The position numbers were made by a program, and so were the translations under genes. Of a DNA stretch of 64,000 nucleotides, positions 1 through 12,147 are shown in pieces (within the stretch, counting starts at the first letter, position 1; every line of letters begins with the position of its first letter). Under the pieces are notes generated by a model, which was not told the DNA's origin, did no database searches, and saw nothing but the letters and a program-made list of their open reading frames with translations. This DNA comes from Raillietiella orientalis (taxonomy: Eukaryota), in NCBI GenBank assembly GCA_036172245.1, contig JAYWIR010000005.1, forward strand, positions 3,162,001-3,226,000, given 5' to 3'.

Positions 1-399
1 GAAGCTCTGGAGGAGCTCACAGTGACCATAGGCAACGGGGAAGGCAAAGTTTCCCTGCATCCACGTGTGTCCCACAGCATCAAGTTACAGAGGCTTCGAA
101 CGTTGAGGTTCTCAATCTCTTTCTTCACAGATTAGCGGAATGATTCTGGTAGTCTCGGGCTTCTTCCGACTGGAGCGAGAAGGTCGCGGTTCCGACTCAG
201 TTAGCGTTCTCGTCTTGGCGGAGCACTTTGGGAAGAGACATCTTGGCTGAAGAAAATCCGCAAGTTACCCTGAGATCAGGCTATGGCCGTATAGCTCTTC
301 TCCGATTGCAGGTTTCGTGCTGGAATTGTGCTTCTAATCAGAATATTCCTTGACCGTTTCTTCCGGATGACTCTTCTGATCAGACTCTGATATTGCAGC

Positions 400-1150
400 C
401 AGGCTACCTTCTTGAAGCCGCTTGATCGAAATGCTCACGCATTCGTCTTTTCCTTTGAAGGGATTTCCGGAAGATGCCAGTCCACACCGGGCACCAAGGA
501 TGAGTGATTGCTGGCATGGACCGCTCAGAGGATGCATTCCCTCTTACACTGACAGCAGCCTTCTTTCTGAACAAGGCAAAGCGGACCGCGTTTCTACTGC
601 ACTTCCAAGAGCTCGGCGAGTGGATCATTTCGTGCTTGCATTCTCTCCTCTTCTCTTTTTTGACTTTTTGCTTTCCTTTTTCACTCCGTTGCCATTCCTC
701 AGTCAGCAAAGTGCTCCGCGACTGCGATGATTAATGATTCAGAAACTGGGTAGAACCTCCTCCCTACGTATGCATGACTTGGCACCTTGCTTGACTTTTA
801 CCATGCGAGCCATTATTAACGGAGAGCATCAGCGTTTCCGCAAGAGCGTATCTGCTTGCTTGAAGCCTTCTCTGTGAGCACACGATAATGGCGGCAGCGG
901 CGACTATTTATAAGCTCCTGTTTAGACAGCATCCGGCATTTGCAGTATGCAGCAGGGAGGGGTCGCATGTCTGAATGATGCAGGCCGAACACCTTCGGAT
1001 CAGGAGATTACCGAGAATTGGTGGATAATCAGGGTTGCGAGCGTGCGACAAGGATTCTTCCGAGCGCATTCCTTCCTCGACTTCATTCTACTGTATCGTT
1101 TAGGGCAACAACAAAAGAGGATTAGGGAATCCCTACAAAAAAGGCTTGAT
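400..1150 (-). mobile_element. Decayed LINE ORF1 (gag-like) remnant
   Basis: Minus-strand fragments in the expected order: TLATLIIHQF (cf. TLILTF), PLPPLSC (cf. PNPLRC), CCQCK and HPWCPVW (third zinc knuckle). Many frameshifts; boundaries approximate. Confidence 0.35.
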
Positions 1151-1899
1151 GGAATTTTTTTTGTTGTTTCCTTTTCCCCATTTTCTCCTTCACTCCTTTT
1201 TTTTTGTTTGTGTGCATCTGGTTTCATTCGGCGCGAGAGATTTTTTCAAAAGTCGATTTAAAAGCCACTCTGGCAGCTTCCCTGCACACGGCCGTGGGAG
1301 TCATGAGGGATGCACGGTGAAGGATCTAGATGGCCTGGATCGCTTTCCTCCCCGCTTCCTCTCTTCTGCGGAACCGTTTTTCATGTGACCCAGAATATTA
1401 GCGAGAGTCATAGAGGTGCAGCATGTGCGGGGACGGAGTGTGGCGCCCGCCTGTCTGAGCAGTGGGTCCTCCGTGCGCAGCTTGCGCGCAGCGTTTGTGC
1501 GCGCCCTGTCAAAGAAGAGTCCCTGAGACGAACGCGTAACCATCCGTTCGCCCCGTGTGTCATTGTGCGCGTGCCTGCATGTGCTCCATGGCTGGGACCT
1601 CACTTCCTCCCTCAGCGGCCTTCCATGCCATGCATTCCCACCCGATCCTGTTTTCCTTCTTCCTTTCTTTCCGGTTTTTTGGAACGCAGGTGCCCAAGAC
1701 TGCATGGGTTAGGAATAAAAATAGCTGCAGCTCCCTCCCGTGCCGTGCCAAAAAATTGAGACTTTCGAGGGGGCCAAATTCCTCTCGCTCTCCACTCGGA
1801 AGGCTCCACGTAGCCGCGTCGTCGTCTTAGCTGTTCTCGCCTTGCTCTCCGCACAGACCAGAATGCCGCAGGCTTATTCCTCCCCCTTCCCCAACCCAC

Positions 1900-4800
1900 C
1901 CCCCCGTGATGAGCTCAGCAGTGTCCCCTTTTGAGGTTTCTCGTCAGGCGGAGCGGTTCTAAAACGAGTGGGGACGCGCCCACCGGACGACGTCACGAAA
2001 GGGGCGACCCTGTGGCTTTCCTCGGTCTGGGCGATCGGAAGGCGCAACGTGGGTCTTCCGACGTTCGTGCCCACCTCTGCAACCTGAAAGCGCCGATCGC
2101 TGTCAGCCGAAAAGGCCATGTGACTCAGAGTCGTCTCTTCCGCCAATTAAGGACAGTCTACAACGTCGTGAAAGAGGAAACCCATTCGAAAGGTGCCTCA
2201 CTTCCAAAAGTGCTAAGAGAAATTTATGCAGCATCACTCGCATTTCGGAGGCTGAGGCGTGATCCCGAAAGATCTCGCCACTAACCTTCATCCGTCCGTA
2301 TTATTCCTTCGGAGCAGAGGAGCTTGTTGGTTCGAAGCGGCAGACACCTTTTCCTTCTTCTTCAAGGCAAAACAAGAGGTTTTTTTGCTTTCAATTACAG
2401 GGAGGACAGTCCATCTAATCCATTTCTTCTGTTGGAATGGGAAAGACTTTAGGCGGTGTCCTCTCTTGCGGATCGATAAAGCGATTTGCAGCACGTATAA
2501 GTTTCGTGCGCATGTGTTTGGAAAAGTACGAGCAGCATCTTTTATCAGGTCGGGTGCAGAGGCTGTGAGATGCAGACGCGATGCGACTAATGTCGAGATT
2601 TCCGAGTGCAGGACTTTCTCCTTCATCTTCATTAGTGCTGTTTGCTCCGATAGCACTATGACTTATAATTTACCTTCGTGGAAAAGAGAAATGGCCGGAG
2701 ATCGTGGAAGTGCGAATAAGAAGCCTCGGCTGCAGACATGTGGGAAGAATAAATGAATCTCTTCTGTACCTTCCTTCTTTCTCCTTTTTCCTCCCCGTCC
2801 CCGAAGGTGTATACAGCGGGAGTTTGGGAGCGTAAGTGGCAAAACACGAGCCGGGGAATGTGGCGCTGTTGGCTGCGACGTCGAAAAATATGCTGCTCAC
2901 CAAGGTCAGGCGCGTCTTCGCCGGTGCCTTCCGTTCGATTTCCGAAAAAAACGTCCGTGCCGACTTTCCCACTTTGCTTTGCGCGCCGGCAATACCATGA
3001 TCGAGGACGCTCACGGAGACGTGATTCTGATTCCAACGAGATCCGCTCGTTGGAAACTTTGCTGGTGGAGCTGTGTCTCTGCACTTCCCTCCGCTGCACC
3101 GCGATGGCGCAGCGTCTGGTTGCGAGGCGAAGGCTGCTCGGGAATGTTTCCTTATCATCGCCTTGTCAGATACTGCTCAAGGCAAACGTCTTGGAACCAC
3201 CAGCGGTGGGGAGAACAGTGTCTATTGTGAAGCTGCACCCCTTGGAGGAAGGGGTGTATGGAGAGCACCATATTGTCTTGTCGAGACGAGAGATGACAGC
3301 GAGGGAGCCGTCCGTGACTGAATGTGGATCTGTGAATCTTCCTCCTTGATGGCGGTCGCCAGGAGCATGCTAAATACGGACTGATCCATAGTTCGCAGAA
3401 GCCGAAGATGGAAAGCTATCGACAGAAGCGGCAACGGACTTCTCTGATGATCGGATTCTGCCGAGCAGCGTTCGCGAAACATTCTCAGCGATTTCTTGGA
3501 TGATGCTGTGCCTTGGAAGGTTCAGCAATCGGTTCCACCTTGCTGTCCTGCCCGAACAGTGTCAGAATGCGTCCGATGTGAGCTGGAAATACGAAGATGA
3601 GCACCACATAGCACGGCAAGGAATTTATCACTGCAGAATTTTCGAGGCTGCTGTGAGCTCTTCGATTTTCCTGTTTGAGGGGAGCACTTTTAAGATTTCC
3701 AAGGAAAACGAAGTTTCCGAGTTCTCTCAAAAATTTCTTTGGGGGCAGAAGTCCGTCACTGGTTCAGTCACCTTGACTGTCTCCGCATCCGCGTGACGTC
3801 GTGATAGCACTGGCCTTCAACAGGAAGCCTAGTCTCTCTTAATGGCAACCAAGGTCGGACGTTTTTCTTCCGTCTGAGAACATCCCACCTGTGTGACAGC
3901 TGCTGCAGTAATCGCTCCCCAGCTTGGATTTGAGGTGGTGCGGTCGGCGGCGTTCCTCTCTCTCTATTGGTGATCAGAACAAGTCGCCGACAACTGCAGG
4001 AAGCGACGAGATGAAAAGCCGACGGAACTTGTTCCATGGCGCTCAGTGAGTCCAACTGTGGAGACTTCCGCATCCATTCCGCCATAGGTTCTCTCCCTTC
4101 CCCGCTTCCAGCTCGCGAAGGGCAGACCCTGTTTCGTGCTGATATGGCACTCTGAGCAAAGGGAGGTCTCTTTGCCTCCGCGGACTTTCGATCGAACTCG
4201 ACGGAGCCCTTGTCACCACGACACCTACCCCCTCCGATCTTCATTTTCGACCGTTCGGATTCCCCATTCCAAGACGTGATGACGATGTGTGCGATTATCT
4301 CCTCGGCTTGACGTTGCCGGGATTGAAAGGGGAAAAGTCGAGATAAGCGCACTGCTATACTAGCGCGCTCAGATGGGGATCAGGTGAATCCCGAAGGCAG
4401 AGTTCCTGGACAGAGATAAAGTAAACGTGCGCTCACCGGGGACTGGACAGAAGCTTGTGAACTTTTGCTGTGGGATCGATCCTGGCATTAGCAGCCCACG
4501 TGGACGGTGCACGTTGTGAAGACAAGCGAGCGTGGACGCTTCCCAATGTGACCTCGCCTGGAGAATCACCGTTCACTTGAGACTTTTCTTTGCATACAGA
4601 AGAAGGCCATTTCGAGAACAACGGGCAGTCTTGGCGAAAACGCGGTACGAAACGGACTCGAAACTTTGAAACCCAGATGTGAAAGTAGGATGGAAGCCAC
4701 CGGATGCTGAGGAACTGGATGTAAGCATTAGTTGCGTTCGGAATCGTGACAGCCCTCGGTAAGATTTTGGAGAAGGCTGACCGATGAAGAACTCCAAAGA

Positions 4801-6300
4801 ACGCTCCGCTTCCTGAGGTCTTCGAGATTCGTGTGTGGAGCCTAGCAGGAAATAATGAGCTCCTGCTGAACGGTCTGAAGCCTGCGAGCTTCGGTGGGGA
4901 AACTGCTTTTGCAGAGCCATGGGTTCTTGTTCTGAGATGATGTCTTGGACAACTCCATCTCAAAACAAGGCGCAAATTCCCCCCATCCTCCTCTTCGTGC
5001 CCGCTGAAAACGAGCTGTTCGCCTATCGTACGGTGTCTTCATGGGATGAGGCGGCTGCTGGATCAGAATCACGTTCCATTGCGACTGGGTTGTGTGCGGT
5101 TCGTGCCTAGAGGAAAGAATCCCTCCGAAAATGATTCACGCTAACGCGCGTCGCCTCTGGATTTTGCGATCTCTTCCCACCTTGGTCTGGGAGTTTTTCC
5201 TATACACTGCTTCGAAATCCCGAATTCATTCTGGGGTTCTCACCGGATCCAGATTCAGAAAGTGGGAATTCAAAATTCAGAAACATAAGGTGTATGGACC
5301 CGCGTTGGTGTCTCTGTGGCTACACAGTCTCTGCGCATGCCACCAAAAGTTGCGGGTTCGAATTCCGCCCGACGTAGGGTCGATCCTGAGAACAGGGGGT
5401 GCGTCACGGGTTTCGGGTTCCTCCCCTCCCCCGGATGATGACGCTAGTTGGCCTCGGTTGACTTCGGGTGCGGCAATGGTGGAAACCAGATGCTCCCATT
5501 GACCGGCCAGGATTGGAAGTTGACCTTCCATGGTCCTTCCAGGAAATCAAGGAGCCCTTCGGGGTTCTCAACCGGCTGTGAAAATGGAGACGTTCCTCCC
5601 TTCAGGAGGAGACTTTCTCCATCGAGTACCATGGAGTTGGTTGATACCCTTCTCAGGTGATTACCTCTCTTAGAGTGTTAAGCGCGCTGCTCCCTTCGGG
5701 GAGCGGACCCTTCAGAGAAATTTGGAGGCATCCCCTCGGAGTTCTCTTCAGAGGAGGAAGCAAGAAGCGGTTCTCTTCCCGGATTCCCTCCGGAAAAGAA
5801 ACGAGGAGCGGACCCCTCCGGGGGAACTCCCCGAGGAGAATACAGAAGAAGAGGTTTTTCTTCGGGGCCCCCTCCTAAGCGTGAGAGGAACAGGCTCCCT
5901 GCTCCAGAGCCTCCTTGGATGCAGGAGGTGGTCCCCTCCCGGGGTACCCTCTATCCTGAAGAGTGAGCACACTGCACCCTTGGGTGGCGTGGGCAGTGTT
6001 GAAAGAGCTTCATGTGCCCCTCCTAAGAAGGCAAGCAGTTCTTCAGTACTTAGCGAACCAAAAAAGAAGCGTTCTCGGATTTGTAGTTGTATGGAGTCTG
6101 CGCTGTTGTGACGGCTGCCCACCCGTTTTCCAGAAACGCATCGTTTTCTTTGCCACCAAGACCACGTCGGCTCCACACCTTCTGAGAGCCCTTTCCAGAT
6201 CCCGATAGTTTCTATCTGCGCATCCGTAGGCGCCACGCCATTTCATGTTGCCAGCCTTCTTGAGACAGCGCTTCACTCGGGATCAGGTCATGGATCCCGT
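1900..6300 (+). mobile_element. Decayed LINE (ORF1 knuckles, endonuclease, RT remnants)
   Basis: Collinear degenerate motifs: KGHVTQS (~2110), VTECGSVNLPP (~3320), NILSDFLDD (~3480), VTALGKILEK (~4745), LVWEFF (~5180), QDWKLTF (~5510). Boundaries approximate. Confidence 0.5.
5300..5375 (+). mobile_element. Possible tRNA-derived SINE head
   Basis: Degenerate A-box followed ~40 nt later by B-box GCGGGTTCGAATTCCG; no full cloverleaf. Confidence 0.35.
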
Positions 6301-7949
6301 CAGCGATGGGCAGCCAGCAGCAAGAAGGCTGCCCACCGCTGGATCGGCAGCAGCCACTCTCGTGGCACGAGAGCCGTTTCGTCACCGAGCCCGGACGAGA
6401 CGAATGGCGGGGGGGGGGGAATCGAAAAAATTTGATGGGTGATTGTCGTTGCCTGGAGACAATTCCAAATTCCAATCCTTATTCGCATCCAAAGTGGATT
6501 TTTAGTACGATGCATGTTTGCGATAGTATTGATCATCTGTAAAACGCTGCGAACATTTAATTACGGGAAAAAAACACGCGGCGGATGAAAATAATTCCAA
6601 TCAAAAAATTACGCAACCACGCGCATGTATGTATTTTTATTTAGCACCAAACGATTACGAATAAATACACGTGCACGAATATGTTAGTAGGTGACTGAAT
6701 TCATGCTTACGATGGCCATTGGACTTTCGATCATTTTAATTTTCACAGGCAATTTGTCCAGAAGACACTGTAGCAAACAGTATCTTCGAAGCATCTTGCT
6801 TGCTATCTGTAAGCTGCAGTCCTGCTCGCTGGCCCCTCGGCTTGGAAGCATTCAGGCACAGAAGCGTTGCCTTCTAGTAATTCTTGTAACTTTAGATTTT
6901 TGACGGATAACGCTCTTCTGAAGTCCGTATGGGAAGCTGGCGGAGAGTGTGTTGCGGGGGAATTTTCTGGAAGATGGCAAGCCTGCGTTGCTTGCTGGCT
7001 GACGACGAGAATGGCTCGTGGGACCGAAGTCGGCCAGCTGAAGCACTCTGCAAGCATTCGTGTCGGTGAGGATGCTTACCAAGTGCATCAACCTGCAGCC
7101 GGATTCTGCAAAAAAAAAAAAAGGATGCCCGCCGCTGGTAAAGACAGCACTCTGCAAGGAGCGGAGCGGAGTTTCGGTCTCTGCGTTACGGTAATGAAAG
7201 CACGTGCTTCGGAAGGACCCGCGCGCCTCGCCTCCACGAGATGGCACCAAGAACTCACAAGCAGCCTTGCGACTGCCTTCTCTCCCCTCCTTCGCGGCTG
7301 ACATGGATGGACGGGGGAGGGAGGGCTCGTACGCACGCAGGCAGTGTCTTGCGAGACGACCGGCTGGTCCCCTCTCCCGAGATGGTAGCGAGCTACTCCA
7401 ATGACACGGTCTTCGAGGGTGAAGCAGCCCAAAAGCGAAACCCTTACTCGGCGAACGGAGCTATTTTTAATTGCCAACACGCGAATAGGCTGCTGCACTT
7501 TGCGTGGAACGGAATAGGCAGGAAAATTCTTCTACGATGAGCGGTCTTGGAACTGTTTAACCCAATACGGTGGATTTACGCGTGGGGTGCATGTTTGCCA
7601 GGAAAGCGCAAACTGCACTTGGTAAGCTGTGCTTCCTGGTAGAGGAAAGGCCAGGGTCGGTGACCGATTCACTTTGTCATCGATTCCCCCATTAGCAATC
7701 TTTTGTTTTTTTTTTTTTTTTTTTCAAGTGGCATTTCAACCCTCAAAAGTCTTTCCGTCCTTTCTGAAGGCACTCTTGTCTAGAACGCAATTAGCGGCCT
7801 CTTTCCAATGAACCACGGCGTGGGGAACCGATAAACAACGAGGGGACTCAGCGCTTCGGAACTCGTTCGCACGCCCGTCATAGGGAATGGGCAGCCGGGA
7901 TCCTCGACCTTACTGGGGTCCAGATCGATCCGTGCCGAAAAAAAAAAAG

Positions 7950-9050
7950 TTCGATGGTCTCCGGATGTTTCGAATTCCTCGAAGGGCGCTCTATGCGATC
8001 CATCTGCAAGAATTTGAAAGCACGCTAGATGAAAGGATGGAAGCAAACGAAACCCACTCGATCATCCTCCGAAATAATAAAAATCGAACGAGATCCCTGG
8101 AATATCTGGAAGCGCTGAGAAATTTCCTTGCCAGTCTAACGTCATGGTCTCTGAATGATGGTCTTCCTTTACAAATGGGGACAGGGAAACCTCTTTTAAG
8201 AAATGAAATCCTCACGTGAACCAGGAGTTCATCTAGCGATAGCCTTCTCGCCCAGGATTGCCAGGTCATTTATTCAAAGTAGATAAATAAAACGTATACA
8301 GTTATGGAAGGGCCGGCATGCACCGGTCTGAAGACAAAGAAGCAACCTGGAATAGAGAAGAGCGGAAGGAGAGGAAGAAATGGTCAATAAATAGATAGGG
8401 AATGGCACGGACCGGTCTCGCGTTGCTGGACATCATTCCCGAGTCCGCTCCTTGTAGTGGAGGCACGGGAGGGGATGGATGCGTTCCCCGGTGTCGGGTT
8501 AGTCTGACTCCAACCGTCTGGTGTTCCCACTGTGCTCCACATCCCAAATGGGACCATCTACAACGTCCTCCGTTGCGGCCACTGAAAACGGGCCATTCTC
8601 ATGTCGCCGAATTTTCCTTGTCAATTTCTTGATAGATTAGCATCACTCTAAAATGGATCTTTGAGTTCCTCTCGCGTCTAAAGATGTCGAGATCCCGAAG
8701 GCGAGCTCGGGTGCGGGAGGAAATGATAAATCGTGGAGCGGCGGTCCGAATGGCGCAGCATTCGAAAGGCGGAGGAGGCAGCGAGCCTATTCCACGCTTC
8801 GTGGTACGGAAGACGAGTTCGCACCTCTTCCGTGCCACGAAGCATGGCGCAGCGTTTCCTGCGTGTCATCGCGGAGCTTGGAAGCTCATCTGATTCCCAG
8901 AACACCGGAAGCTTTAGATGGGTCACAGGTGAATGTGGTTCTTCCGATTTCTCCGGACCAAGCCTCACTCGTGGATGAGCGCCCGCCAGGGAACTGGAAG
9001 CATTTCACGTCCTTCCTAGGTGAACCCCGGAAAGATCATTCCTAGGACCC
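7950..9050 (+). mobile_element. Decayed LINE RT fragment
   Basis: LQEFESTL, LTSWSLNDGLP, and LKWIFEFLSR...MINRG (~8650-8740; cf. WIxxFLxxR...GVPQG) in order. Confidence 0.45.
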
Positions 9051-10649
9051 TCCTCTTCCTCCTTATGCGGATTTTCTCTTCCAAGAGCCATCAGCCCCGA
9101 TCAGCTACCGGAGAAAGCAAACGAGAAGAACGCTCCTCTGCGGAAGATGCGGTGGCTGCAGACTGTCTGGGCGCGTCGCGTCTCGACAGACATCTGTCCG
9201 CACTTCGCTAGAGATCGGGCTCTGAGGAAGCGAACGCATTGACCGAAGGGGGTTGAGATGGAGGGAAGGGGGGTGGGGTTGGATTTCTTGCTAGAATGCG
9301 GAAAACAGCACACTCGGGTGTGTTCGATTGGCACTCCGGGTGGCACAGGCACCAAAGCGTTGTGGAAACCACGTTCCTGGGCGTTCCTCGTTTGCTCCCA
9401 GAGCCTGATCCTCCTCCTCCTCCTCCCTTGTCCTCCAAATCTCAGGCATGCTTCGGCACACCCTGAGAGCCTTCGATCAGGTGGAGATGCGCGAACGTCC
9501 TCCCCGGGATGCTGGACCGCCTCGCCAACTCATTCTCCGCCGTTCCCCTCTCCTGTCCAAGATGATCGGAGACGGGATCTCTTTTTTCTCCCTTTCCTTC
9601 CTTCCTTTCCTGGCGACTCGTTCCGGAAGCGAACGAAGCGCCACGTTTATCAACATCCGTACCACTTTCCACGGCATCATCCCGCTGTCCAGAGGGGAGG
9701 GGAGAACGAACTTTTTCCTTTTTTTTTTCTCCCCCTTCACATGCGCCCGCATACGGGTTCTCCATTCCGCTGCTCCGGCAGCAAAGTCGGCATCCTCATC
9801 ATCATCCCAGCTACGGTGTAGGCGAGTGCTATGGCTCTCCACTCCTGGTTACACTTTGATTTCCAGAAATCGATAAATTTGCTCCTAACCTGCGTTCCTC
9901 CAGATAAATTAAGGCGTGAGTGTCGGGTTCGGAGAACGGGATCGTGACGGCGGAGCACTTTGCGCGCTCGCCGCGGAAAGGAATGCGGCGCCCCGGGATG
10001 AATTCCTTCGCCGCCACCACTCCTGCTCGTTACCGGAGGCAGGGGCGCCGGGCAGTGGAAAGCTGGCTCCCCTCGGAGCGGGGAGTCCCGAGGTGTCATT
10101 ATGGTAGCTCGAAAATTCCCGAAAGTCTCCTCCCCTCGTTACCATGGCGAGAAGGGAAATCGTGTCGTTCCACTCTGCCCGTGGAACGACACGAGTGATG
10201 CGGGAAGAGGGGGGCAGGAAGGGCGGAAGGCAAACGGAGGATGCGAGCCCGACGCACTCGAACCCCGTAGTGCCCCTTCGCTCCGCCGACCCGAGAATGC
10301 TCCCGGCGTCGTTGCCGTTTTCCTCCCGCGTCCCCAAGCTTCGAATTCGTTCCCGTCCGGCTCTCGGCGGGAGGGAGTCTCTCCGGGCGAGCCGGAGGAA
10401 ATGGGGCGCGGAGACCGAGAGGCTCGTCTTCTCCATGGGCGCCCGCGGATGCCCCCGGGCACCGAAAGAGGAGAAATAGAAACAGATTTCTGGGATGGGC
10501 CTCCGAGCGCATTGATGAACCTCTCCTCTTGCACAGGTGGTGGTGGTGCACTCCTTGCCCCGTCTCTCTGAAGGCTGAGCAGAGAGGCTATTTGGTCCTC
10601 TGGAATCTGGCAGCTTTGTCTGCTCCTCCGGAAGCGTTGCTCGCGAAGG

Positions 10650-11760
10650 AGCTGCGAGAGTGCGTCTGCATCCGACCTGATGGAGCAATGCCTCCCTGAT
10701 GCCTGCAGATCCGAGGAGGAGGAAACCGCTCGTTTGCAAAATAACGAATGACCGTGGGCGACCGAAACGAGGATTTCATACCCTTGGGAGGGCACTCCTG
10801 GCGCGGCATGCGGCTCAGACGCGTTGCCACGGCAAACGGCCCGAGATGCTTCGAAAAGTGGAGGTGAATCTGATTGGCGCGCAGGAATTTTTTAAAAATG
10901 GTGGGAGTGCTGTGCCGATCAGGAGCGACAGATGCATTCAGGTGGCTCTGCACCCTGCGCTTCCGGCTAATCTTGACAGCGCTAGTTGTGCGTGAAGGCT
11001 GATTCAGCGCACTGTCGTCGGAGGCAGCAAGAGGACGGTTCCAGGAAAAGAACAATCACCTTGCTCCTTTTCCAGAATTGCCAAGCTGCAAATGACACTA
11101 ACTCCGATCGTGGGAGCTTGGTTCCAGCGCTGCTTTACCAACGGGATTCAGTTCTTTCCGCAGTCGAAGCTCGACTGAGAGGGAGAGCCCCGTTTGCTGT
11201 GACAACGGTTGTTTGCAGGAGTATCACTCCCCCGGAATTCCACTAACCTATCCGAAACGGAGGCACAGAGACTTGCGTAGATGCCATACAGACCACTCTA
11301 ACTGCCAACCGGCCATCAAACTCGAAACCTTGGGGTCCCTGCTAAAAATCTGCTGTTTCATGAAAGGGGGATGGGAATGGGGCGGAAACGAATTGCAATT
11401 CTAATCTTCCATAGTGCCGGAGCTCATTTCGAACAATACTCTCGTGTGAAGGATGAGTTTTCGGTGTGTGCCTTGTGGCAACTGGCTCTTTACAAGCTCT
11501 TTGCACTTCTATCAGCAATCAGAGGTCCTTGGAAGAAGGGCTCTGGTTGTCCAGGCTGCTGCCTGAAATTGCCTCTCCTTTCACTTCTGAGCTCGAGAGA
11601 GTCTGATCCTTGAATTCACACACTCGAAATGTAGAGAGAGGAAGTGATTTCAATAACCAAGCGAAAACATCTTGGAAGTCATGCAAACACAGTAGGAGTA
11701 CAGCGCAGATTTTTTTTCCTTTCTCTTTTTTTGTGCTTCCTTTCTTATTCTTCTTCCCCC
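10650..11760 (-). mobile_element. Decayed LINE RT fragment
   Basis: ORF 11519-11767 contains FAWLLKSLPLSTFRV...TLSSSEVKGEAISGSSL (cf. WIxxFLxxRTFxV...GVPQGSVL); downstream thumb-like remnants. Confidence 0.5.
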
Positions 11761-11957
11761 ACTGCAAAAGAAATCTTCTGGATTAACTATTTCGCCCTCT
11801 CACGATATCGTACTGCAAGATGTGTTCAGGGGAGGTCAAAGGGAGGAAAGGAATGTGGCAGGGCAGGAGCACCTCTGTGGTGGCACCTCTTTGAGTGGCA
11901 GGAGGCCACCATTTTATTTTCAAAACCCCACTAATCGAAGTGAATTTCTGTCTCCAG

Positions 11958-12147
11958 ATTGCATCGCTTGTGAACCACAAAGAGAAATTCATGAGGTCTG
12001 AAAAGAACCAGCAAGCCATTCTCAGGATTGGTCAGGCTGTAAACGTCGCCATCGAACGTTTCATCACCGTGGGGGAGGCCATAGGAGACGACAATCCTGA
12101 AATAAAGCTGGACATGTACGATGCTTGCAAAGAAGCTCGTTCCGCAG
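11958..12147 (+). CDS. CTNNAL1: Alpha-catulin coding exon (IASLVNHK...EARSAG)
   Basis: Acceptor tctccag ends at 11957; exon ends at non-canonical donor CAG|GCATGT (phase 1). Confidence 0.9.

Noticed and set aside
6850..7500. Possible further minus-strand LINE fragment
   Set aside because: Motif resemblance too weak to distinguish from chance by eye.
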